A stretch of DNA of 61,771 bases, the filler included, from Sphacelaria rigidula (Eukaryota): assembly GCA_964200075.2 (NCBI GenBank). It is 11 parts of 11 records of this genome, joined end to end, with 100 filler letters (N's around TTAATTAATTAA, not from the genome) between each part and the next. Parts side by side here need not be neighbours in the genome. Positions count along the whole stretch, not along the records: positions 1 to 5,525 come from CAXNAA020026625.1; positions 5,626 to 11,150 come from CAXNAA020026626.1; positions 11,251 to 16,775 come from CAXNAA020026627.1; 8 more parts are not named here. One strand, 5' to 3'. The notes beneath the pieces were generated by a model. That model ran no database searches. It saw only the letters and a list, made by a program, of their open reading frames with translations, and was not told the DNA's origin. Below are positions 1 through 11,393 of this stretch, piece by piece (the first letter of the stretch is position 1; each line of letters starts with the position of its first letter). The position numbers and the translations under genes are program-made.

Positions 1-712
1 GGCGGTGCTGCGGCAATAACAGATAGATCCAACTTGAACTTGGGGGGTGTTATTCATCGTTGATTTTCGCCGACCTCTCCCAACGGAGTGGCCGAGCAGA
101 AGGGCGTGCCACACGCCAGTTGAGGGGGGTGTATGAGAGATCAAACATTTGTTGAGACCTTTTTGACATGCGGAGTGAAAAGAGATACCTATGGTGGTGA
201 CCTAACTGTTGCTAGCGTGGCGCATAGGCAATGTGCAGCACGCTGGTCACGTGAACAGCTCGGTACAGCACGAGAAGTAACTTTCCATAAGTAATATTTT
301 TCCGATGTCAGGAGGACGTGGTCACGCTAACCAACTGCATCGAAGTCGCAAGACCTGTAAAAGCTAGAGAGTTTGGTTTTGATGATCTGCATCCACAAAA
401 TTGAAACGGTTCTGAAAACCTAAGGGAAGGTGTCCGCTTCGGGTCCAGTCAAACACCCGAAGAAACCATCGGACAGCAATGCGAAAATTTTCCGGGGTTG
501 ACATCGGACAGTGCTCGAACAACGGAACCGAAATCGACAAGTTACCGCTCGTATTAGAAAACAACGCGTATGGAACGCTTTGCAGCTGGGAAAACACAGA
601 TTTTGATGTAAAGAATTTTCTCCGGGCCCCCATGTGTGTTGTATCCGCCTGTAAAAGTATTTCCTCGTTCATCGATGCCTGGCCAGGGGACAGGCAGGCG
701 GTCCTCCCTCAG
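1..712 (+). repeat. Unclassified dispersed repeat R1, 3' half (cut by contig start)
   Basis: Aligns by eye to 8000-8908, 34613-35237 and 56970-57900; ends in CCTCCCTCAGG like the other copies. Confidence 0.9.
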
Positions 713-1480
713 GTCACTGAATGCACTAAATCTGGAATTTGCGTCTCAGTTTTCGAGAGTTGTGCTTACAACTTTGGTATGGAGAATCGCAAGCGCATGG
801 ACAGAATAAATATTTTTCACTACTGTAACGTTTTTAGTTTCTTCGTTTTTTCTGGGAGTTTCAAGTGAAAATGGGCATTAGTTCTGTAAACTCATCTCAG
901 TTGTTTCAGTTCGGTTTTTGGAATCTTTATTTGAAGCTTCGGTCACTCGTCATATGCCACAAAATTAAATGTCTTTGAAGAGCACGTTTTTTTCTCGCCT
1001 CCGTTGTTTCCCGCCCGAAAAGAGGGCTAAGCGGGTGTTGACACCCTGGAGTGAGCTGCCCTACTCCTTGATACCGTTCCAGAGCACCTTTGCGTTTTCC
1101 GTAGGTGGCAATAATTTTGTTTTTGGCCAAACTTTCACTTTCAATAACAATAGGTCGAGTAGATAAAGAACCAGCCGTTATTCTCCTGTTTGCTGAGAAC
1201 TTGCCCGTTTGTTATTGAAAGCTGTGACGCCAGCCAGTGGAAGAACTGCTGGATCACTGCTGTTGAGGGACTCCCCAGTCATACTGGCCTCAGTTTCAGT
1301 TGCCAGCCTTCACAACATTCCATTATTCAGGAGTACCCTCGTAGGCACATCCTCCTAGACACGCCAGGGTATCAACTTAGTATCCCCGGTCATTGTCCAG
1401 ACGGATTGACAGACTCGCGCGCGAATGACATGATGCTACTGCAACAAAGCTGTTGCCCCGACCAGTGGCATGACCAAGGG

Positions 1481-2045
1481 TTCAGATCTTCGCTCGAAGC
1501 CTTGATTGTCATAGAGGATCTCATTTCCTGGCATAATATACCTGGTTTCAGAAATCAGGCCCATACAAGCGCCTCTAGGGGGGACTTTTTGCAACCCAAA
1601 CACAAACGCAACTTGCCGGAGAGTTACCGCCGGTATATGAAAACAGGCCGTCAGCATCATGGAGGTCGTCAGTCGTGACACATATGTTGACGCGTACAGA
1701 AATTATTGAACACCGACTCACTTACGCGGGGGCTGGTTTCAGAAACAAGAAACAAATGCACTATGTGTGGCAGTTTGAGCTTCGGTTCAGATCTTCACTC
1801 GAAGCCTTGGCTGCCATGGCAAATCTCATTCCCTGGTATAATATACCTGGTTTCAGAAACCACCCCCATACACGCGCCTCAAGGGGGGACTTTTCGTGAC
1901 CCAAACACAAACACATCTTGCTGTGCGCCAAAGCATAACCGGCGGTGTATGAGAAAACAATCAGTAGACATCACTGCGGTCGTCAGTCGTGACGAATACA
2001 TTGACGCGTACAGAAACGATAGCACACCCACTCACTCACGCGGGG
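1481..2045. repeat. Diverged ~300 bp tandem duplication
   Basis: TTCAGATCTTC(G/A)CTCGAAGCCTTG...CCCAAACACAAAC...GTCGTCAGTCGTGAC occurs at ~1481-1730 and ~1786-2045. Confidence 0.8.
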
Positions 2046-2047
2046 TC

Positions 2048-2299
2048 GACACTTTCTATGATAGCCCCCCCCAAAAAAACCCAGCAAAAAGTGTCATGAA
2101 ACAAATGGCCACACAGCGCCTGATGTTCGGGTTCAGGCTGCATGAAGCGCCTCATATTGGCGACATTGGCTAGAACAAACCCAAGCGTGGGAATTCCCAG
2201 CTTTTCGTTGTGCTCGGCTTTTCCCATTTCGATTTACGTGGAGAATTTGCCTCCCGAAACCATGCACTTTGGGGGGGGGGGGCTATCGCAGAAAGTGTC
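2048..2299. mobile_element. MITE (~250 bp), same family as 58927-59168 and 61701-61771
   Basis: TIRs GACACTTTCTATGATAGCCCC / GGGGCTATCGCAGAAAGTGTC; internal sequence shared with the other two copies. Confidence 0.85.
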
Positions 2300-2569
2300 A
2301 GGTTGGAATTCATCAAAGGTCGCAGGCACGTTCGAGGAAAGTGTACCATCGCAGTGACCACTGGGGTGCCTGGAACGTGCCTGACTGGATGTTCCACATG
2401 TTCTGCAACGTACCTTGCGAGGCAAGGTCGGGAACGTGACGTTGCCGCACGTTGCCGGACGTTACCAGGGTTTACGCTGGAACCCATCACAGGTTGCACG
2501 CACGTTTAAGGCAGGTGTACAAGTTACGGGCGCGACTGACTTTTGAGATCCAAAATTGAAGAGGCTGGG

Positions 2570-2675
2570 GGGGGGCGGGCGGGTCTACTCATAGTCTTGC
2601 ATGTCATGGTGCGGGGTTAGGGGGGGGGGGGGGGCGGGGGGGGTAGTCATGATCTCGCATGCCATAGTCGTACGA
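2570..2675 (-). mobile_element. Two stacked 3' tails of repeat B (…GGCATGCATGATCATGAGTAC-like), each abutting a C-tract
   Basis: Two degenerate copies of the B terminal motif separated by G runs on the + strand. Confidence 0.65.
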
Positions 2676-2699
2676 GCTGGGCCAGCGTTGGCACGGGTT

Positions 2700-3396
2700 G
2701 AAGCTCTCAAGGCGATGTGTCATCGAGACAGCTGACTTGGGCCGTGATCCGCATATCGTATTAACCGTCGAATGAAGGGGAAGGTGCACATCTGCTCAAG
2801 GTCTAGGCCATTTTTTATCCGTTGATTACACCCCAAGTCTAGTACTACCTCTTTTTCAAACCTCGAACGATACATTCAGCAGACGAGAGATGCCCGCACC
2901 TTCACGGAATTCGTTATCTATCTCGAGATATGGTGCACATACCGTTCGACACTAAAGTCAATAAATTACGAGCAGAGGCACCAATTACACTCAATCTGGA
3001 TATTGAGTCTCAGTGTTTGAGAGTGGTACTTCAAAAATCGTGTGGAGAACCGGTAGTGCATAATAAATGAAAAATGAGCTTTTTTTGCCCCATGTGTCAT
3101 TTTCCTCCCTTTTCTTTCCTTTTTTGCTTTTTCGTCCTTTTTTTTTTTTTTCCTTTTTTCCCTTTTTTTGGGGGTTTTTTGAGGAGAAATGAACATCGAT
3201 GTTGGAACTCATCTCGGTTTTTCAGCTAATATTTCAAAATCGTGATTTTGAACCCAGCATGGAGAATCACAAAGGTATGCTGAATAAAACAAGAACAAAA
3301 AAATGAGCTTTCGATTGCTTTGGTAGAGGTTTGGGCGTTCTCGTTGAAAAGTGGTCTCCACTCTACTGAAACGCCCTAAACCAGTGGAAAGAGTAA
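2700..3396. repeat. Dispersed repeat, second copy at ~4365-5072
   Basis: Shared blocks CCGTGATCCGCATATCGTATT, AAACCTCGAACGATACATTCAGC and CAGCATGGAGAA(T/C)CACA in the same order. Confidence 0.8.
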
Positions 3397-4364
3397 AAAG
3401 CACCAAACGGACCCGCGTTTTTGGGCTCATCAAGCCCTGGCGAGGTCCCACACCAAGTGTCAATACACAAACACAAAACGTGGGCCGCTAAGTGGCCTGC
3501 AAAATACGGTTCCGGATTGCCATCGACCCGGTTACTGAACGGCCCATGCCCACCTCAATTTTAAGAGTTGGCCCCTGAAACTTGGTTTGCACAACGATTA
3601 GGGCATACATGAAGAAGTAAAGCCAGACCCGAAAATTTCACCTATATTTCCATGAGTTGGGAGCCATAATTATTTTTCAGATTTCAGCAAAAGGCCCTCG
3701 TATCATGACATATATGAATATATCTTTGGGTCCGGCATTATTTTTTCCATGGCCTACATGTATGTCCTATTTATTGTCCATCTCAAATTTCAGGGGACAA
3801 CTCTCAATATTGAGGTGAGAATGGGCCTCCAAATCACAAACCCGCTTCTAGACTCGCCCAGCTCGTAAGACCTTTGGCCTCGCATCTTTACAAAGCCGGG
3901 ACAGAGCACGCCGGGATTTCGCCAGGGGTGTGCGGCCGTATGTCCTGGACGCAGACGAGTTGGACAATGATCCGCATATGATATTAATCGTCCAATCAAG
4001 CCGAAGGGACCTATCCGCTTAGAAATCCGGGCCATTTTTTGTCGATGGTTACCGTACGGAAATAGCGCTATATTTATGTTTTCAGTATTTATTGCTTTGT
4101 CGCACTTTGAACGCCCCCCCCCCCCCCCCCCCCCCCGGCCCCGGGGCGGGCCCTTGGCTCGCGGGGGCCACCCACCACCTGCCCCGGCCTCCGGNNNNNN
4201 NNNNCGCAAATACCGCTATGTTTTGCTTTTCTGTTTTTGTTCCCTTGCCCCGCTTTTCGCCCCCCCCCCCCCCCCGTCCCTCGGGACTCGGGACGAGTCC
4301 GTGGTCTCGAGGGATCAACCCATCCCTGGCCGGTGCTTCGAGTTGGGCCAGCTTGAAAACGGAT

Positions 4365-5072
4365 TTCAGCTCTCAAAGCAATATGTCATCGACACGGACG
4401 AGTTGCGCCGTGATCCGCATATCGTATTGATCGTCTAATCAAGGGGAAGGTGTCCATCTGCTAAAAGTTCTGGGTCAATATTTTCTCGTTGATTAAGGCC
4501 CATCTCTAGTGCTTCGAAGTAGTTCGTATACCGTACGGAGATAGCGTCCATACGAAAAATTATATGAAACCTCGAACGATACATTCAGCGGATGACGACG
4601 GTTTTTAGTGGGGACCTTCCCCCGAGCACGGGGAGACGATAGATACCCTCACCTTTGCCTAATTCGTAGTCTATCCCGAGATTTGGCGCACATAATATTT
4701 CATTCTAAAACCGATATTTTACGAGCAGAGGCACTAGATGTCCTAAAGCTGGATATCGCGTCCCAATTTTCGAGAGTTGTGCTATGCAATTTCGTATGAA
4801 GAACGGCTAGTGCGTAATAAAAAAAACCAAATAGCCGTTAAACGTTTTCTCGTTTTTAGTGGAGTTTTGAGGAGCAATGAGTATTGCTCTTAGGCCTCAT
4901 GTAATTTTTTAGCTTAATTTTAAGAATTGTGATTTTACACTCAGCATGGAGAACCACAGAGGTATGCCACAAAAGTGGGACTTCACTTTTTTTGTTTTCG
5001 TAGAGGTTAGGGCGTTCTCGTAAGAAATGGTCGTTACCATACTAAAAGGCCCCAAACCAGTAAAGAAAGTAA
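4365..5072. repeat. Dispersed repeat, copy of ~2700-3396
   Basis: Collinear shared blocks with 2700-3396. Confidence 0.8.
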
Positions 5073-5479
5073 TTATTCGTAAATATCTGACCCACTGTGA
5101 TCACGGGTTCAAGATATGGAGCGAATTTAATAAGAATAAAAATCAATACACGTAGTGTCGAAGGCGAACGCTTTGTAGTGGAAGGCGAATGGGAGATATG
5201 CTTACCAAGCGGTGCGCTACTGTAGACGCGGGAATCTTTTTGTGGAGAACATGAGATGGGTCCGTAATCCCAAATACTGCCGAGCACGGAGCGGCGGCCT
5301 TGAGGAGGTGTAGGGGGAGCAGTAATGAGCCCGGTCGGACTGCACAACTTGCCTGGAGGAACAACGTGCCTGGAGGGCGGAGCACGCTCAGAGGTGAGGG
5401 AATGAGCGCAAAAAAGACCTGAATCCTAGATCATTACTCGCCGCGGGTGTGGTGCTAGCCCTCTGTATGACAGACATTG

Positions 5480-5525
5480 AACAACAAATTGTGCGAATTG
5501 AGGTTTAACTCCGAGATGAGGTTCG
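5480..5525 (-). repeat. Terminus of a high-copy repeat ending …CCTCAATTCGCACAATTTGTTGTT (probable retroposon 3' end)
   Basis: Same terminus at 5626-5707, 22501-22571 and 27954-28025; all lie at contig ends. Confidence 0.8.
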
Positions 5526-5625
5526 NNNNNNNNNNNNNNNNNNNNNNNNNNNNNNNNNNNNNNNNNNNNTTAATTAATTAANNNNNNNNNNNNNNNNNNN
5601 NNNNNNNNNNNNNNNNNNNNNNNNN
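5526..5625. other. Artificial contig spacer (N44-TTAATTAATTAA-N44). Others at 11151, 16776, 22401, 28026, 33651, 39276, 44900, 50524, 56148
   Basis: Identical 100-bp spacer with six-frame stop linker; intervening pieces are 5525 or 5524 bp, consistent with length-sorted contigs. Confidence 0.98.
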
Positions 5626-5707
5626 CTCTACAAACAGTTCGCAAGTCGGGTTGCGCACTTGAGCCTCAAAACAGAGTTAAACCTCAATTCGCACAATTTG
5701 CTGTTAC
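5626..5707 (+). repeat. Terminus of the CCTCAATTCGCACAATTTG repeat
   Basis: GAGTTAAACCTCAATTCGCACAATTTGCTGTT matches the other three copies. Confidence 0.8.
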
Positions 5708-7116
5708 CAGACATAACGCACATTTTACACAGGATCAATAGAATGCGGGCCACCGGTATCGTAAGTTGGGGTCTATGTTTGTTTTATTTTCGACTAGCTT
5801 TTAATGACTAGACTGGGTGAATCGGGGAAAGCGCTGATGGCGTTGGGTGTTCGGACGTGAAACTAGACGAATTCGGAACTCAACCCGCAGGTGTTAAACA
5901 TCACTTGCAAATTACGGCAACAAGCAACCATATCTGTTTCAACACTTTCAGACGTGAAACGCTGTGGTGCGAATCGTTCTCAAATCTTGTGAACAGTTAT
6001 GGGCGCGCCTGACCCCCCAAAATGAGCCAAAAAATGTGTCACCAACCAAAAGCACGAACAGACCGGAGATCTAGTTCATCCCCTGACTATGCACGCCGTA
6101 AAATCCCTCAAAGTACTTTTAATTTGAGTAGGGTTTTCATTCAACGGTTTCGAAGTTTTCTCGTAGTACGAACCACGGCGTGGCTCGGCTACTCACCGGC
6201 GTGTATTTGTCCAAGCTACAATCCGACGGGATGGTTTTACCAAAAAAGTTACGGCGATAGAGGAAATCGCGAGAAACCCATGTTTGTGTTTCACTTAATT
6301 CGTTATAAAACTCGCATCCTGATGAAATAAAAAGTTCATCCGCTCCAGTTGTAGCTGTCGTCTTGGCGCAGATGATGCAAAAAGCATCCCAATCGATGGC
6401 CTTGGCGATGAGTATTTTGTGAAACAGATGGGGCTATGATAGCAAACACGCGCCCCCAACCCTCGCCGGTTTCCACCAAACGCGAAAACCTCACCCTTGT
6501 CTAACGGCATCAGAATAGATGACACCCGTGAATGACTCTTGATAGTGCAGATGGTTGATACATCGGATATGTGGAATTTTCGACAGGTGTAGAATTTGAA
6601 CCTTCGACCGAACCTCAGAGGCAATAAGCATCTTCACGACCTCGCAGCAGCGAAGAGAACAAATTGTAACACTAACACTAACCCTAGCCAAAACGAAGGC
6701 ATACCGAGAATCCTCGGGCAAGGGGAGTGCAACGTGTTCCCCAGGCGAAAGGTGCGTTGCCAGACCTCAAATTGGCGCCGGTTTTGACAAAAATGCGTTC
6801 TGGGCACGCTAGGAGCATGCAAGGAGGAGCACAGCCTCTATGAAAGATCCGGATTTCGGTTTCCACACTAACATCAAGATAGACCAACTTACCCTCCCGA
6901 ATGGTAGACGATACTGCGTCAAGACGGCACACAAGACAACATGAAGTCGTCGGCCCACTTTCGCTGAAGCGTCATGGCACCGAAGCCCCATTCATGTCTT
7001 TCAGTGGATCCACCCGTCCTAAGACACGCGTCTGTTGTATTGGCACTGATGGGTGACGGACGACGATTTGTTTTCATTCCCTCTTGGAAGGCAATAATAA
7101 CTTTGAGTCTGATTAA

Positions 7117-7215
7117 GCCCTAGACCGCGAGGGCAGTCCATGTGGACCATGCACATCTTTTTCGAATGAAAATTGATGCCGACTCAGCAGGTGACCAGCC
7201 CTCGCGGTCAAAGGA
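7117..7215. mobile_element. piggyBac-type MITE (~98 bp family)
   Basis: TTAA/TTGA flanks, TIR core GACCGCGAGGG / CCCTCGCGGTC, internal GATGCCGA(C/T)TCA shared with 27598-27695 and 30642-30739. Confidence 0.75.
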
Positions 7216-7489
7216 TTGATATAATATTCATGAAATGAAAAGCCACGCCCGCGAAACAACAAATGCACTTGCACAAGGCGAGCTATTCATCCGCCGAAAT
7301 TTGTGGAACGATGGCATCGGATAAATAAAAAACCAAGCTCCTCAAATCATGATGATGAGGTGGTCAACCATCACCCACTCAGCCAACATCACAAACCCGG
7401 TGACTATTGGTACTCCACTCGTCTGTGTAAGAACCGCCTTCGTTGAAGTTCATCAGTACATACGACTCTGTCGCATGTTGAGCACATTA

Positions 7490-8908
7490 TAACAGTGGAT
7501 CCTAAAAAATGGGCTTCAAACAAAATATGGGGTTGAAGTGGCATTTCTCTTTTGCAAGGAAGACGCGAAAAACTTACGACCGAGCGAAGCCATCTTCCCC
7601 ACCATATGTCTGCAGCAGTTGAGCAGCTGTGGCCAGGTGCGCCTAACGAATGCGGTGTATACGCGTGTTGATGACGACATCACCAGAGAGAGAAACAACG
7701 ACAGAGAGGAAGCTCCTCGCCCATGTCCTTTGTGTGTCCCCGCTCGGCGATTACCAATCGCTCGAGAGACTGGCATCATTGATGTTACCAGCATGTATCC
7801 AATTTTCCATGTGCCAGAACATCGACGTGCGGAGAGATTCCGTCGTCTCTTCTTGCCTGTCGCCAACGCGAAGATGGATTTCTCTCTGCCTCTCCTTTTG
7901 GATAGGACGCGCCTCTGTGCACTGAAAAACATGTCGTTGAAAAATAGGGCAATATTCCCGTCACCGCTACTACTGTTCTCTGTCACACACATGCCAGGAA
8001 GGGCAATGCTGCGGCGAAAACAACAGATAGATCCAATTTGAACTTAGGGGGTGTCATTCATCGTTGATTTTCGCCGACCTTCCCCAACCGGGTACCCGAG
8101 CAGAAGGGCCTGCCACACGCCAGTTGAGCGGGGGTTATGAGAGATCAAACACTTGTAGAGATCTTTTTGACATGCGGAGTGAAAAAAGATACCTATGGTG
8201 GTGACCTAACTGTTGCTAGCGTGGCGCATAGGCAACCTGCAGCACACACTGGTCGCGTGAACAGCTCGGCACAGTACGAGTAGCTTCTCGTAGTTAATAA
8301 TTATTCCGATGTCAGGAGGTCATGCATTACTGCAAGTTGGGAGGAGAGACGAGAGTGCTCTACGATCAACCGCATGTCGTTGTATTCGAGACCCACGCCA
8401 TCAACCGCTGACAGCAAGGGTCTTGTGGCTTTCACGCGACGCTGTCGGCAGTACGGCAGGCAAACCGGATCATAGCTACCTTTCGTTGCTCTACCGGACG
8501 TACTCCTCTGCTTAGAGGTGGTCACGGTAATAACCTGCACCGAAGTCGCAACATCTGTGAAAGCTAGAGAGTTTGATTTTTATGAGCTGCATCCACAGAA
8601 ATAAAACGGTTCTCAAAACCTGAGGGAAGGTGGCCGCTTCGGGTCCAGTTAAACATCCGAAGAAGCCATCGAGCAGCAACACCATACTTTTCCGGGATCG
8701 GCATCAGGTAGTGCTTGAACAACGAAACAGAAATCGACAAGTTACCGTTCGTATTAGAAAACAATGCGCATGGAACACTTCGCAGCTTAGAATACACAGA
8801 TTTTGATGGAAAGAAACTTCTCCGGGACCCCATGTGTGTTGTATCCGCCTGTAAAAGTCTTTCCTCGTTTATCGATGCCTGGCTGGGGGACAGGGAAGTC
8901 GTCCTCCT
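7490..8908 (+). repeat. Repeat R1, near full-length (~1.4 kb)
   Basis: Starts ACAGTGGATCC; collinear with 34106-35237, 56478-57900 and inverted 26110-27160. Confidence 0.92.
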
Positions 8909-11393
8909 GCTGCTGTCCTCCGTCGCTGCTTTGGTATGGCGCATATTTGTTTTCACTGCCATGAGGTGGCGTGTGTGAACAGGAATGATGTAATAATCTT
9001 GTTAAGTATCAGTTTCGTCAATGAAAGACCTCATAACTGAAGCGGAGTACCACATCGCAGCAGAAGTTGTTTCTCGTACCACGAAGTAACGGTTACGTGT
9101 AGGTAGAGACGGTTCCCCACAGGGCGGGGCTGTGCACATATCAGCAAAATAACCGCCTGCAACATATACGCCCGGCCCGCAAGAGCACTCTATAATGTAG
9201 CATATCATCAGTAACAAGCAGCAGTATAGTACGCCACGGCAAGGCAATTGCGTACGATGAGAGTGTGAATGTAAAGACCTTACTGGGGAATAGTAAAAAC
9301 ATACGATCGATTATCATGGCCCTGGGGAAAATGAGATAAGATACGCGATGTTCAGTCACACCTAACAGTTAGTCCTGTTATTTAAACAAAAGAAGTACCG
9401 GAAACATCCAACCGAGAAAACCGCTAAATTGTATTTAACTCGGACACATATAATTATCGATGTACCGTGCTTCCGCGTCCTGGCGTGGCCTGTGGGGGGG
9501 TCAACGATCGCCATCGCATTTAGCGCCGTTTATCTCATGATGCAGGACATACCCAGGACAAGAGGCTGGGGTGAAGGTAGTAAAGTGTAAGGCTAGCACA
9601 AGTTGGGAGCACTGAGTACATGAAGATAAGCGCATGCCGTGGTCTTGTCACTCCTGTCGCGCATCGACTCGTTCCGTGTCGAGCACCAAATTTGAGAACA
9701 TAGCTCATCACATGAATAAGGATACGAAAAGGGTTCCATCATCCAATGCAATAGGTACAGACATATCAGTAAGCGAGGAAATGTATGTGCGTAGATTATG
9801 CACTGCGAAAATAATCCCAAAATAAAACGAGAAACTCACTACAAACTTGTATTTCCAAGAACACAACGGTCACCGCAAAAATGATATCCTGTGATGCAGC
9901 ACAAGCGAAAACACAAGGGTGACAAACACAAACACAATCAAATATATAGTTAGCAACGTTGACCACAAAATACAATATTACAGTTTACAAAAGCGAAACT
10001 GTCCCCGCAAGGATGAAACCCTGTGGTGTACGGGCAGCGATGGCGTCGGTAAGGTGTGAAGCCGGACGCAAGGGTCGCCGCGGGCAAAAGCCCAAGAGCA
10101 TACGGATGAATGGCAATTCAGTATGTATTGTGATCATCACATGTGCTCTTCTCCAGAGTTGTAGAGCTCGTGATCGTAAAGATGTTGTGGCATGAGATGC
10201 AACAGTGGGAAACTGATTTTCATCGCCCCCTTTTCTATTTTTTGAATGGCTAAAAAATCTTGGCACTAGGGCTTGAGGATAGAACTGTCAATGCATGTTG
10301 CTACCTTACCCTCCTGGTTCTGTTCCCAGTCTCGGTCCATACCTGAACTGCATGAGATTACCTGTGTTGCTGAACGGACTCCCGGGCGTCTCGCTGCGTG
10401 TATCGTGTCGTGCTCAAGGTCGCATGTATAATCGTTTTGTGATGCGGTCCTGACAATGGTATGGTTGGCGGTTCTCACAGAAGGGATCTGGGACTTTACT
10501 ACAAAAAGAAGAAGAATGAAGAGAAAAATATACTTCCGGTAGATGGATGTGTGGGAGCTGATCGAGTCACCCACCGTTGTACCTGTTTGTCTTATTAGAA
10601 GACATTGGGCAACGGGGTTTTTATTAACTATCTGCATAGATATGCGTGGTAGATAACATTGTCGCAGCATCCACGCCTGAAGCCAAAATATCGTATCTAA
10701 GCTCAGGTGTGTAGACATACACTCGTAAGCAGTGTTTGAGATCTGTACTCAGCAGAAGCTGTTGAGAATTCTATCCTTTAGCCCATTTGATATATAAATT
10801 GGTGGGCAAGAGGATGAATCATTTTCAACAATCTTTGCTGCATCTCGGATCCAAATCGCTTATTACGGTGCAGAGCGCGGAACTTGCACAGTTGAGGCTG
10901 TTCGCAATAGGTTCTCTTTTTGCCCAATTTCCGGATGAATTAGCAGGCAAAGAGAGGATTTATTTCGAGCTTCTTCTCCTGTATATATTCCAAATCTGCC
11001 AATGTTTATTGGATTCGCGGAGCAGATGAAGCTGCTCATTTTTTTTTTTTTTTATTAATTGGGCAAAAAAAGGATCTGTTTTGAACAGCTTCATCTGCCC
11101 CAAAAATCCCATACATGTTTATATTATTTGTGCATCAGATTAAGCTGTTTNNNNNNNNNNNNNNNNNNNNNNNNNNNNNNNNNNNNNNNNNNNNTTAATT
11201 AATTAANNNNNNNNNNNNNNNNNNNNNNNNNNNNNNNNNNNNNNNNNNNNATAAAAGGTTGTTAAGCAACTGGAGGTGGAGCCGGGCGGCGGGGCCGCCG
11301 GGGGGGGGGGGGGGGGGGGGGCGCAGCTCATCGACGACCTCACTGAGTCGGCTCATAAACCCTCGTCGCTGTTTTAGATCATCCTACAGTGGC

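Noticed and set aside
364..868. Recurrent ORFs within R1 (also 7516-8041, 8564-8962, 57549-57906)
   Set aside because: They recur only because the DNA is repeated; frames are broken differently in each copy and no domain is recognisable.
9085..10395. Possible small minus-strand exons (e.g. ETPGSPFSNTGNLMQFR near 10343-10394; PRPVGNRLYLHVTVTS near 9080-9130)
   Set aside because: Splice-like boundaries exist, but I could not build a consistent model or identify a family.
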